Under the pieces are notes generated by a model. That model was not told the origin of the DNA. It saw only the letters and a list, made by a program, of their open reading frames with translations, and searched no databases. Shown here piece after piece: positions 13,556-26,268 of a stretch of 64,000 nt of DNA (positions are counted from its first letter, which is position 1; each line of letters starts with the position of its first letter). The position numbers and the translations under genes were made by a program. This DNA comes from Magallana gigas (Eukaryota): positions 17,298,001-17,362,000 of the forward strand of contig NC_088860.1 in the NCBI RefSeq assembly GCF_963853765.1, in the 5' to 3' direction.

Positions 13556-14540
13556 TTTTTAGCTCAGCGAGACGGAGTCAGGGGAAGCTTATGCCATACA
13601 GCTGGCTTCGGCATCCAGACCTGGTTTAAATTTTGGGCTGGTCCTATATCTAAAATCACTTAAGCTATCTCCACCAAACTTGCAAGGATGATGCATCTGG
13701 GCCTTCTTATGGACCTGAAAGATTTAGATGTTGAATCTGGGCCATGAATTTCAGATGCTGGAGGAGATTTAGGTGTTTTAAAAGAGCTGGTTTAAGTTTT
13801 TGGGCAGGTGCCATTTGTGGCAACATCCAAGATACTGCTGGTCCTATCTTCACCAAACTTGCATGGATGGTGCATCTGATGATAATTATGCACTCCACAG
13901 CCTTGGATGCTGAATCTGAGACACAGGTTTCGGATGCTGGATGAGGTTTAGGTTTTTCGAACTGGTTGATGTTCTAGGAGCGTTGCCCTTTGATGACCAT
14001 ATCTCAGTTACTTCTGGTCTTATCTTCACAATACTTGCACGGATGGTGTGTCTTATGATACTTATGCACTTGACAGGCTTAAATGCTGAATCTGAGCCAA
14101 AGGATTCGGTTGTGGAGGAGAATAAGGTGCTTGGAGCTGGGAAAAGTTTTAGGAGCAGGTGCCCTTTGATGACTATTTCTTACTTACTACTGGTCCTAAC
14201 TTGCATGGCTTGTGCATTTGTGATACTAATGCACTCCACAGCTGGTTAAAGTTTTGAAGCAGGTACATTTTGATGGACAAGTCTTCATTATTTTTGGGTC
14301 AGTCTTTACCAAATTTAAATTGATGATGCATCTTGTGATACTGATGCACTCTTCAGGCTTGGATGCTGAATCTGAGCCATTAGTTTCAGATGCTGGAGTA
14401 ATTTAAGGATTTTGGAGCCGATCACATGTTTTTGAAAATATAAATAGTACTTATTCAAACTTGCATGGTTGATTTATCTCTGTAAATTAATCACAGAAGT
14501 ACATGTAGTTTCAGATACAGAGAGTGATATTGATTATCTA
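13556..14540. mobile_element. HINE/Helentron-like element with about 177-bp internal tandem repeats in DHDH1 intron 6
   Basis: Starts TTTTTAGCTCA. The unit marker CACCAAACTTGCA recurs at about 13673, 13851 and 14027. An orthologous insertion is in copy 2 (34956-35577) and none in copy 3. The right boundary is approximate. Confidence 0.6.
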
Positions 14541-14599
14541 GATGCTTAGGTGGTTTAAAATTTAAGAAGTCAAATTGGAGATGGTTACAAAATGAAGTA

Positions 14600-17519
14600 A
14601 GTTTTGTTCATACCTAAGTAATGGTCGTACATTTGGTTAATAATTGTATATTCCTTTTATTAACTTTGAGAGATCAGTGTTTTTACTGAAAGAGCTATTG
14701 CTCCAACCCTTATGCATAGATGCTATCTCTGACCTGTAACCCATTAACGTATGTGGCTTACAATTGTTCTTCATGCAAAAAGATGAAGAAGTCTGCTAAA
14801 CCGGCTACAGTGGCCTCAACTGAATCCTTTGTGTTCTTGGCACACCATTACTTGTAGATTCGTATTCTAGCATAATACATTTTTCTTGTTGACTGTCTTT
14901 GGGAGTTGAAGATAAATGACTTAGCTTGCTCAGAAAATCTATTCTCTGTTCTTTGTTGCTTGAAATTTTCCAAACCACTAGATGCAGACTTTCTGGACTT
15001 GGATGAATGAACTGCCCTCTTTTTTAATAGTTAACATGTCTCTTATTATTGGAAGTTCCCTTGGAATGTCTACCAATAGAATTAGAAGGTCTGGAAACCA
15101 TGACTGTCTTGGTGAAAACGGAGCAATGAGAAAAAGAACACACGACTCCTGTTCCACTTTTCTGAGTAATTTCAGAATTAATATGGGTGGAGGAAATGCA
15201 TAGGCAAATATTCCTGTCCAATCTACATTTAGTGCATTGCATCCCCATGCTAAGGGATCGGTAAATGAGAACAAAACACTGTTAACTTCCGTTTTTCCCT
15301 TGTTGCAAATAAATCTATGTTTGGAATGGGATAAACTCGAAAAATCTGCTGAACTTTTTCTTGGTTGAGACTCCATTCCGTCATCTTGGGAATTTGTCGC
15401 TCTCTGGACAACTGCTATTACATTCCTTTTCCCGGGAATGTGAGCTGCTTTGAGCTGTATCCTAAAAAGAAGACACAAATGCAGAATCCTTCATGTCATC
15501 ATGCACAGGGCTGCAGACTTTGTAGCCCTTGGTGATATATGTAAGACAATACTGTTGAATTGTCTGTCCTCAGTACGACATTGTGAAGTGATGAAGTGCA
15601 TTCTCCAATACACTGAGTTCCAACAGATTTATATGTGATGACTGTTCTATCACTGTCCATTCTCCTGACACATTGCGATCCTCTAGGTGGGCTGCCCACC
15701 CTAAGTTGATGCATCCGTCCATAAGGTTAGGTCTGCTCTGAAGCTCAGAATAGATGAACCTGCCAGAGCGTTCCCTCTCTCTGTCTACTAGAGAAGATGT
15801 GGGATGAGGGAACTGTCGATTTGAATCATATGATCCAGTTTGTCTACTGTGGACGCCTCTGGGACAGAAGGCAGAACTGAATGGGACGCATCTTTAGTCT
15901 GACAAGAGGAACCAAATCTATACACGCTGCCATATATTTTGTAAACACTCTTGGGGCTGTTGCTCGACTGAAGGGCATTGACCTGAATTGTCTATGCAAA
16001 ACCTGAGGTATTTCCTGTCTTCTGGATAAATTGGAACATGTAGATATGCATCCTTTAGATCTATTGATGCAACCCAGTCTTGTATATTCAGAGCTTGTAT
16101 TTTTGACCTTTATTAGAGATTCCATCTTGAAATGTTGATTTTAGAGAAATATATTTAACGATTTCAAATTGAGAATCGGACGGTAACCTCCATCTCGTTT
16201 TGGAACAACAAAGAAGGTGCTGCAAAACCAAGAGCCACGAGTTTGACCTCTGAAAGAAACTTTCGAACTGAAATTTCGTCCCCCTCCTATGGTAGTCCTA
16301 TGGTTCTTTTCCGCAACAAACTTTCCCTTCTTTGCAAAGTATTACTCTGTTGTTTTGGTTCTGATGTGCCCATGGACTCATCTCTCTTTCTTTTCCTTGC
16401 AGAACTGAGGGCTGCATCACCTCTCTTTTTTGAACCTCTCAGGTGCTGTGTTTCTTTAGCATCGCGCAAACTTTCTGCACTTGAGAGAAGAATGTCAAAA
16501 TACTTCCCACAAAACAGTTTAGAATTCAGAGTTGTTTGTACAAGTATTTTTTTTTCAGTTGCTTTGTTTTTTAAAAGCCAAATCCTCAATATGAATGGCT
16601 CTACGGGCTGCAACTGCACCCACTAATATGTAGGAAGTAACATCAGCCATTGACTTAAACACTTGCATCAATGATTTTAGGGCCTCTGTTTTGTCCTCAT
16701 CAGATACAAATTTATCAACGTAGACGAAATTAGAGAGGCATATGTCAACATTCTGAGAGGAAGTCGAGATCGTTGATCTATTTTCCATAACACATTGGTG
16801 CGTGAATGCAACATAGGGTTACGGAAACGGTAGGGATTTTTGTTTTCTTTCCTCCCTGTTGTAAAACTGCTGTCCTCAATATATCAAACGATTGGACATA
16901 TATGATTTGAAGTATCGGCTCTGAGTTTCAGAAACATTAACCGAGTTGATGTTCAGTGTCTGTAGACACTTTTTAAACAAAATTTTCCCAGTCTACCATG
17001 CATGAACCGTTAGAGTCTGTATCATGCGTATGTACTGAACCCAAGACAGAGTTATCAAACTCTGAACGATTGTCCTCGTGAACATCAATAACATCATCAA
17101 GTGAATTGCTTAAGACTTGATCAGTTTCACCTCTGTGGCTTACCAGATCATCGTCATCCGATTCTCTGGAGAGTTGATCATCTGACGGTCGAAATCTATC
17201 CAACCAGTTACACGCCCTGTTTGAACGAACGTCAGACGTTATAGCACTAGTCGGTTGTTCATTTGAATCCTGAACTAATTCTTTAATTTTAGCGTCATTC
17301 AACTTTTTCATGCAATTCTCTTGATGATGTTGCCATTGGGCTTCGAAATTTCCCAATATGAAAGGCGGAAAATTACCTACTTGAAGAGGGACTGAACCCT
17401 GCGCCATTTTGACTCGTTTCCGCGGAGAGAGGTTTTCTGATGCAGAGCTCTACGTTTCCCGCAGAGGAAACTTGACTACCGGAACGATTCAGATTACCAT
17501 TATTTCCCACAAAGGGAAC
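14600..17519 (-). mobile_element. Decayed DIRS1-type tyrosine-recombinase retrotransposon
   Basis: In order on the minus strand: terminus GTTCCCTTTGTGGGAA, gag-like ORF fragments (16973-17407, 16555-16788), RT fragment (QFRSMPF..APRVFTK), RNase H (VLRTDNSTVLSYI), DIRS1 methyltransferase-like domain (DWTGIFAYAFPP..LIAPFSPRQSWFPDLL), and the recombinase N-terminus (RQSTRKMY..TLMGYRSEIASMH..KLIKGIYN). Many stops and frameshifts. Confidence 0.88.
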
Positions 17520-19894
17520 TTTTGGGTTTGGCAATGTAGCTGATTTTTTCCTCGCTTCTATTTTCTTTCATTCAATCATCTTTTTGATTAACGTCCGTTT
17601 TTCCTCTGACCACTTAATTACTGCATGGCATGGAAACGCTTCGTTGCAAACTGTGTGTCTATAGCACTTTGAGTTGCCATCCAACACGGTCATTTCTCTA
17701 TTACATTTTATGCAAATTTTAAATGAATATGAAATTTTAAGACCGCAGGCATAAAAAATTTAACCGAGAAAAACAAGCGGCTTTTCTTTTCGAATGCCCG
17801 AACAAAACTGAATCTGAAGTACATTGTATGCTTGTTCATTTTGGGTAAACACAGTGATTCCACACGGGTGGTCTCAAAAGTTCAGGCATGATCGTAGGCA
17901 GCTCGGGGAAAATTCAACAAGTTGATAAATGAAAGAGAAATATGTAATTGAAAAAAATAAGTTAAACTATTACCTAAAGTATGAATTTCAAAATGATGTC
18001 GCATGCATTTATAATTGTCATCATTGAATGCATGCCAAAAGTTAACAATACACTCCTCTCTTGTAAAAAAAATTTGTGGATCTAGCAGCCTGGCTTTTAA
18101 AGAAGGCATCCACTTAACTTTTACTTTATGTCCTGTAGATCTGCAATGCTTAAGAGTTGGAGTTGTTAGGTGAATTCAAACCTTTTAATATTTATCTTGG
18201 TAGGAAATTTGGAGTGCAGTGAAGTGACCTTCGCTGACAGTCAGGCTATTTACCACATCATTGATGAAGTGGTGAGACTAACGGGAATTCATGTCCAATG
18301 GTGAATAGAATCTTTTCTGATTGGGAATGGTAAGTATGTCAATGAGAGACTCGGACCATGTCATGTTTGCTTACCGGTATGTCATTTTGTGCTTAATTAG
18401 TAAGCTATTGATATGCTGATAATCTTGAGGTATTAATTATGTCTATATTTTGTCTTTAGCAGATTTTTCCAACTGCTTTCGAGGAGTTTTTAAAACCCAA
18501 TTAAGAGTGCATCAGTATGGGCTTCTCAGCAAATTTGATCACGCACCAACCAACTTCATATCCCGGTGAACCTTTTAACATTGATTTTTGTTACTTATAT
18601 TCATACAGAATTGAACGTTTTCGTTATTCTGTAGGTTTATATAAGGAAACATATTTGCAAATGTGAATGCTGATGATTATTGATGCTTGTAGTATATGTT
18701 TTACATGTACTTGTGGCCATAAACAATTATATTTATGATTAAGGTGCTAATTTTTTTTTACAAACATGTATTTACTGAGTGATTTGTTTATCGCTTGAGA
18801 TCCACTTTTTACTGTTTGATTTCTTTTAATTCCTTTTAATTACTTAATCTACATGATAAACTTTTTTAATGTGATCTTTTTACATATATGCAGGTTATGA
18901 TATAAAAATCAATAAAATTTTATTAACATGTTGATACAATTCTCTCTCTTAATTAGAATCGGATAAGCAAAGTGTTCGTTTTTTCCTAATCAAAACATTC
19001 GGGAGTACGAGTGACTAAAACACCTGCCGCTGTTAGGGACACATTTAATGTTGATTAATTTTTTATATTAATAAAATCCTACATGCTAGGCCTAATTAAA
19101 TTGGTCATAAATATTTTCATAGAAGGAAACTTGGTTAAATATGGCAAGATTTGCCAACACTAATTAATTTAACAGTGATTTAAAACTAAATAATAGCGTT
19201 AGGTCAATAGGCTAATGATGTATTAAATGTACGTAGGTAAATAATTTAATGTGTATCTTAAAGTGTCTTACCCAAACTTATCCGCTATCCAATGCCGGCC
19301 ATTATATAATTTAAAAGCCTTTGTCTTTTAAAAGCTTCTTTTAAACCTGGATATTTTTTACAAGGCATTCAAAAGAGAGATAACTCAAGAACTTGATTTG
19401 GATTGATTTACAATTATGTAAATACATTGTAAAAAATAAATAGACACGTTGGAGAAAGATATGATTTATTACAATAAAAATATACATTAATACAATAGTT
19501 AAAGTCATGTTTTATTTATTTTGAGTTATTCGCTGCGGAGCGTATTTCCCAGTTACTGGGACATTTTGAGTTCGGTTAAATCCCATTAACCTGGATGGTA
19601 CATGTATATATACATTAGAAAGAATAATTGTAATGGGGAAACAAATATTGATCTGACGCAACATAATCAAAGACATCCAAAGAACACAAACTTATGAGAA
19701 ACCAAATCTCTTTCTTCTTAAACGTTGAAAAATTCTTAAACATTTGAATGATTGCAATTTATTCAAATGCAATAGGAACAATTGATTTGAGCGACCTCTA
19801 AAAACGTTCATCGTGCAATATACGAACTTTTACGAATACTAAAACATAAACACAAAATAAAAACAAAGCTAATGTGATTTGACGTCATCCATAC

Positions 19895-20099
19895 CAGCTG
19901 CAAAATGAAGTGGGGAAGACTTTTTTCCCGCTGTATCTTTCGCGTTAACATAATGTTAAGAACGGTGATTCACCAGTTTCTTTACTTTGTTAAGATCTCT
20001 GTTTCTACAAGCTTCAAACAGATCCCTGTTAGGATCATTGGCATTAGAAGGAGACGATGGATTGCTTTGAAGCAACGATCGTTTAATCGACATATTCAT
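19895..20099 (-). pseudogene. TNKS: Orphan duplicate of tankyrase exon 1 (unit 2)
   Basis: [69 protein letters not shown] 9-nt in-frame insertion carries a TAA. The GTATGG donor is intact and the flanking intron is homologous from about 19620. Confidence 0.9.
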
Positions 20100-20373
20100 A
20101 CAGCTTTTCACGCGAAATATCGGCCATAAACGTAATCTGGTTCCCGCTCCCGCCACTGCGAATTCACTTCGATTTGGGAACAGACAAGCGTCAAAAGAAT
20201 TCAGATTCGCTAAATCGGGGGTTCTTATCAAAAGTCAAAACCTTTAAACTTTGATCCACTGATGTGCGCAGTTAAAATGACATACGCATTTCATTTATTA
20301 TCGAATTTAGAACGTTCTTATTTGTACACAAGTATCAATGTGTAAGGGCAACAATACTATGCGTATATATGAT

Positions 20374-20990
20374 ACAATTATTTAATGCTTGAGCAGTCAA
20401 TAGACCAGAATATTTTTCCCTAGGTGCAGGGAACAGCTCAGTATGATCTATTGCCCGAGGCCAGATCATACTGAGCTGTTCCCTGCACCAAGGGAAAACA
20501 TTCTGGTCTATTGACCGTTCAAGCATTAAATAATTGTTTTATTACCTAATTCCGTTTTTAGTTTTCGGGGTTGCATATTGCAGATGGTTTTCGTGCCATT
20601 ATGCAATATACACAGATTTTTTTTTCATCTTTTACATGCACCAAAACCTGTTGCATGCATTACAACATCTCAATTAAATATAAGTTTACACAAAGAAGGA
20701 GGAGTCTTCAACCCATTAGATTTTAAATAGTATTTTACCATATATAAAGCTTTAAAACTGTTGATTATTTGATACTCCATTTTGATAACATTGAATTTGG
20801 TTTCACCAAGTACTAAAAACAGCGTCTATGTAAAGGAATAATTATACATTCCCTGAGAACTATCGAAAGGATGTAACATTAACATACCCGCGTTCTGATA
20901 TACTTTGCCGGTCCAATAGATCGCTGTCTATTGACCGGCGGTCCAATAGGAGAGTATTATGATGTTTAACATGAAACTAAATAACAAAAA
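20374..20990. mobile_element. Hairpin-headed element (164-bp palindrome at 20374-20537)
   Basis: ACAATTATTTAATGCTTGA...TCAAGCATTAAATAATTGT with long paired arms. The tail CCAATAGG..TTTAACATGAAACTAAATAACAA resembles that of 12068-12440. Confidence 0.7.
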
Positions 20991-20999
20991 AACAATAGG

Positions 21000-23691
21000 A
21001 GAAAAATAAACATAAATGCAAACATATTTACAATCAGTTCAGGAGAAAACAGTATTGTTTTAAATTTTTCTACAATCAATAACGAAATGATCCCACAATA
21101 AAAATACGAATTTCGATACACAAATTATAATTTTTTTCCACTTTTCAAATGTAATTTGGGCAAAACTGGTATTTGCAATGCACCCTAATAGAGCCAAATA
21201 TTGGATTTCGGTATCTTGCAAATCAAAAGAAACATATTCAAATACATCTAGAATATATAATAAATCTTCCAAAAGTTTGTCTCTCTCATTCATAAATAAT
21301 GAACAATTGAGCATAATGTGCATGTTAAAATTGTTTTCCATTCTTTTACAATGGTTACACAATTTGGGAACCGTTTTCATAGACAATAATGCAATAAATC
21401 GATTAAAATATTTTCTAAGACCAGGGTTTTCTTTAACAATTGCCCATAAATGAATTGGCTTTAATTTACAATGAATATTTCTATATACTGACATTTCAGG
21501 AGTGCTGTACAACAATTGTTTCCATTTTGTTTCCTCTTCAATAAACGCATTCTTGACAACTTGTTTTGAAAATATAGCTAGCTTTGTTGTACACACAATC
21601 TGTAATAACATTAAGAGACAAATCATACTCAATTGCTGTCTTTTGAATAGTCTTCGTAACAATATATTTATCTGAAACATTCTCGGAAGATAAAAACATA
21701 AAAACTTTATCATGAACAGTGGTTTTGTCCGCTCTCATTAGTCTACCGAGAAATAGAAGGCGGCATTTGTCTATATATCCTTTTACTGACCACAGGCCCA
21801 GGTTTGATGTACAGGATAGAGAAGGTGAGAATTTCGAGAGTCCTTGCACAATTCTTGAAAAATGTGGTTGGGTGTATTCCAGTTTGGACTGGTCCTTTTT
21901 TGTGATGTCAGTCCAAAGTTCACATGAATAAAGAGAAGAAGGAAGAACAATTTTTTTCCAAATTTTGGCTGACACAGCTGGGTTGATTTGGGAATTATAA
22001 ACGCCAACAGGATGGAGTGAATGAGTTTTACTTCTTGCATTTTTGCAAGCTCGTTCTACAAGTCTATCACTTTTCAGATTAGCCTGCAATAAACAGCCAG
22101 CATAAATAACATCATTGCAATTGGGTATCACATTGTCAAAGAGTTGAACATCAAGTTCCAATGAAATATGTGACTGTTTGTTGAATACAACAGAGACACT
22201 TTTATTTGGATTGTAATGTAATCTCCATTTGTAAACATATAATTCAACAACATATAATGATTCTTGAAGAGATCGAGGCGAGTTGCTTATTAGCGCTGTA
22301 TCATCGGCAAGCAGAATCCCTGGAATATGCAAACTGCCCATTAGTTTACCACTGGTAGATGTACATAGTTCATACAATAGGTCATCAATATAAACAAGAA
22401 ACATAAAGGCACTGAGCATCCTACCTTGGCCAACACCTTGAGATATTTTAAAGAGTTCAGAATTGACTCCAGCAAAAGGTACAAAACATTTGCTATCATA
22501 GTACCAATTTTCTAAAATTTTCCACTAAGTTTTGTCAATTCCAAGTTCATATAACTTATACAAGAGACCATTGTGCCATATTCTATCAAAAGCCTTTTCG
22601 TTATCAAGAAATGTACAGAAAACTGGTGAACCTCTACTATTATAATAACCAATTATTTCTTTTATAGCATAACAGGCAGGGACAGCACCATGATCAGCTC
22701 TAAAACCAAATTGTAATGGATGTGGAAAACAGATTTGTCTATCTAATAAATCATTTTCAATATGAGACAGAATAACCTTCTCAAACAGTTTACTAAGTGC
22801 TGATGTTAGAGTTATACCTCTATAATTTGTAGGATTACTTTTATCTTTGTTTTTACCTTTGAAAACTGATATAACTTTTCCAACTTTAAACATTTCGGGA
22901 ACATGAGCATGTCTAAGTATCGAGTTAAACAAAATACATAATTCATCAACAATTTTATCGCCACAAAAAATGATATGTTCGTTCGTGAGAAAATCTGGAC
23001 CAGGTGCTTTTCCCTTGGATAATGATTTAATATGATGTTGAATTTCCTCGCGTGATAATGAAATTTTTGAATCTAATGTTGAGTTGAGATCATTGTCGAT
23101 ATCGTGCACACGCTGGTCAATATGCTGTTTAAATAACTTGTCGAATTTAGTCGGGTCCTGATTTTCCTCTGCTAGTTTTGAGTCTTTCCACAAGTTACAC
23201 ATGTCAGGTATGTTGTTTGCGGACTTGCCTTGATATGATAATGAACTAGGGAGTTTGGATGAGGATCGTTTCATGTTTTTCCATGCCGTCTTGTAGAACG
23301 TTCCTAGGTCCATTTCTGTTGCCTTGTCGATATCGTCAAATACGGACTGCTGCCATTGTTTTGCCGTCTGTCGGTGTAATCTTCGAAAGTTTCGCTTTGC
23401 TTTCTTATAGTTTAAAAACGAGTTTGCATCTCTTGATCTCGGTGACCCGTCAGCTTTCCATGATCGGCGGGCATCTCTCATGTCATAGTGAGCTTGGTCG
23501 AGACCGCTGTCTTTCCAATATGGTTTTAAGTAATGTCTAAACTTTCCGTGTGGAATATGTTGGTCGGATGCTGTTAGTAGAGAAGCTGTAATTTTCATCA
23601 GATGTTGATCGATGTCATTTTTGCGGTGTGTATCTTCCTGTAATATGCACAGATAGTTGTCACACTTGTTTTTGTAGGAATTTTCCACCAA
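21000..23691 (-). mobile_element. 5'-truncated non-LTR retrotransposon (LINE) ORF2: reverse transcriptase plus C-terminal Cys/His motif
   Basis: KAPGPD, NYRGITLTSALSKLFE, QFGFR, FLDNEKAFDRIWH, GVGQGRMLS..FLVYIDDL, LLADD, and C-terminal CNHC..H..C. One in-frame TAG at 22525-22527 and one frameshift near 21590. Clade not determined. Confidence 0.92.
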
Positions 23692-24130
23692 CTAGATATG
23701 CTTTCTGAACTTGATCTAAGCGCCTCTTCTTGGTTCATTCAGCCTGTGTGACAACATGCATCTTCTCTGGGTCGAAGTCAAGATTTGGGTTAATGCGCCA
23801 TGGTATTTAGATCAGTTATAAAACAGCAAAGTCTGGATTTGGTCTGGATTTGGTTGCAGATGCTGTATTGGTTAGGCCCTTAGCTGCTTGCTGATGTAGA
23901 GTTATTATTGTAGTAATGAAAGGACTTGGAACAGTTGGAACAATGGCATCAAGACTCATGACTCATGATGGTCTTCACTCTAGGAACATAAACAGGAACT
24001 TGTCCAGTGGGTTTCCTTCTCGTCACTTCTGTAGTAACAGAGGATCGCAAACAGGATGTCAGAGTCGGCTGCAACATCAGAAAGACTACCTGAATCCAAT
24101 GTTTCCCACTGCTGATCAGACTCACTTTTC
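23680..24130 (-). pseudogene. Unit 2 copy (left part) of the decayed zinc-finger ORF
   Basis: Clear nucleotide homology to about 8150-8590 (e.g. AAAGGACTTGGAACAGTTGGAACAATGGCATCA). Abuts the 5' end of the LINE. The remainder resumes at about 29790-29900. Confidence 0.5.
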
Positions 24131-25660
24131 TCTTGACTATCAACTCAATCATTGCATTCAGTTTGCTTAAAGAAGTGCGAAACGGAAAATTCGATTAATA
24201 ATCTTTAAAATAGCGAGACGAAAGGGTAAGCAAACAGATGTTGCAACAAAACCTCGTAACAATGATTCGCCGGTCACGCTTTTGATATCAATAATGCTAT
24301 AATTGATAATTTTTAAAAATATTATGGATCACGAAAAATTTAATGTGCATGAGGTTTCATAATATATGAATTTTTAAAAATAAGTATAAAATCCCAAGCA
24401 AGTTTTGAAGTCATGAAAATCACAACCAAACGCTTCAACCAACTGCAAGGGTAGGTACACTATTTTTGTCATAATATTACAAAAGGAAAATAATTCAAAA
24501 GGTTATTTTAATAGCTTATTTAAACACAATGTGTGTACATTTTATTTTTACGTTTCGCACTTGTTTAAGCAAATTGAATGCAATGACTGAGTTGATAGAA
24601 TGATATCAAATAATTAAGCAACCTTTTGATAATAATCATTCATATGATATGAATAAATGTTACAAAGTAAAAGTTTGTGTCCAATCTAAACAATACCTAA
24701 GCGATAAACGTGATAGTATTTTTCCGTTTCCCGTTCCGTTTTCCGTTCTGCGTTTTAGCAACATTCTGTATTGTATACCTAGATAGTGCGCAATGAATAA
24801 ATAACAGAATGAACTCTGTGACACTTGTAGCACTGCGCAGCATTCCTAAATGATGTTATGCAATCAGGTGTAGAATGCGGACACAACGATAAGGCTGAGA
24901 TTTAGAATTACTCTCAGTGGAAAAAAAATCTTTGCCTGATCCAAATTGTGAGTTTTTAAATAAGTTGTCATATTTGGCGATTCTGTGTCTGCATCGATAG
25001 CTCTAGTACTCTATACTGAGTCATGTATCGCATGCTTTATATAATCTTTGTAACCAACTCATGTATACTTTTATGTATGACCTTTTAATATTATACGTAA
25101 GCGATGCATCATACTCAGGCGGGAGATTCAAAGCCTGCATCCCAACAAGTCTTAAATGACGTTAATTCATCAGGTACTGAATTCGGGCACAGTAAAATCC
25201 AAATTGATAATATATAGACAAGTTATCATTTAATACTTATTAGTTTGATACGATATTGGCGTTTCTGATTGGTCGAAAAATTTCTTTGATACCTGCATCA
25301 ATAAAATTTTGCCGGATCTACTTTTCTCAACTGTTCTGATCTAACACTATTTATAGAACGGGAATTTCCAAGATAAACACTGGCAACAAAATGTAAAGTT
25401 GTATCTGTTTAATTGTCAGCAAACAAAATGCAACTTTATGAACATAAAAATTGAAAGTTTTACCTTCAAAAATAAATAATACCAATAATTTAATTCTCTA
25501 AATAGAAAATTAAGCGTCTTCTCACGATTTCGTCTGCTTTAGATCAACGATCAACATTTACTGAGAAGCTGGCTATTCCAATTCCAGGAATAAATCATAA
25601 CGAACATATAGGCACATACACTTTAAGGGTACAGACCCTGAAACGTGCTACTACACCTCT

Positions 25661-25800
25661 AAAACGAACCGTACCGTTCCGTGCAAGAAACGAACCGTAC
25701 CGTTCACAAAACGAAACGTACCGTTCACAAAGCGTACCGTACCGTTCACAAAACGAACCGTACCGTTCACAAAGCGAACCGTACCGTGCAAAAAGCGTGC
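25661..25800. repeat. 22-bp tandem array (AAAACGAACCGTACCGTTCACA)n, left subterminal
   Basis: Read directly from the sequence, about 6 imperfect units. Confidence 0.9.
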
Positions 25801-26217
25801 AAGATAATTTATGCAAGACCCGCCTCCAGACGGACAAAAAAGCGTACCGTACCGTGCAATAAGCGTGCAACTTCCATATACGGCTTATTGACCTAATGTC
25901 TTTTGATGAATACGGACGGAGATTATCGCTGACCAGATAAGTTCAATATTTTGCTAGATTATTTATACGGGATTAGATAACACATACTAAGATTTAAAAC
26001 TGTTACATGTATTCTTATTAAAACAGTCACAAAAATATTTCCTTTCTTATACCGTAACCATTTCTTTGTTTTTCGACAAAACTTGCATCGCCGATTTCTT
26101 AAACATTGTAAACTATTAACGTTCACACAATTCGTGGTTAAACTGTTTTGATTATTTTTATGAAATGTTTGAAACAGTGGGTACATACTGGACTTTACAT
26201 AGCTTTAAGTGATTCTC

Positions 26218-26219
<2 letters not shown>

Positions 26220-26265
<46 letters not shown>
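26220..26265. repeat. (GA)n microsatellite
   Basis: Read directly from the sequence. Confidence 0.98.

Positions 26266-26268
<3 letters not shown>

Larger units (their letters stand above)
9571..18304 (+). pseudogene. DHDH: DHDH-like trans-1,2-dihydrobenzene-1,2-diol dehydrogenase (Gfo/Idh/MocA family) copy 1, with a premature stop
   Basis: Exons 9571-9660, 9814-9925, 10363-10526, 10851-11109, 11299-11423, 13355-13505 and 18204-18304. Translation includes [35 protein letters not shown] and GGGVLHDLGIY. TAG at 10488-10490 where copies 2 and 3 have CAG. Confidence 0.88.
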
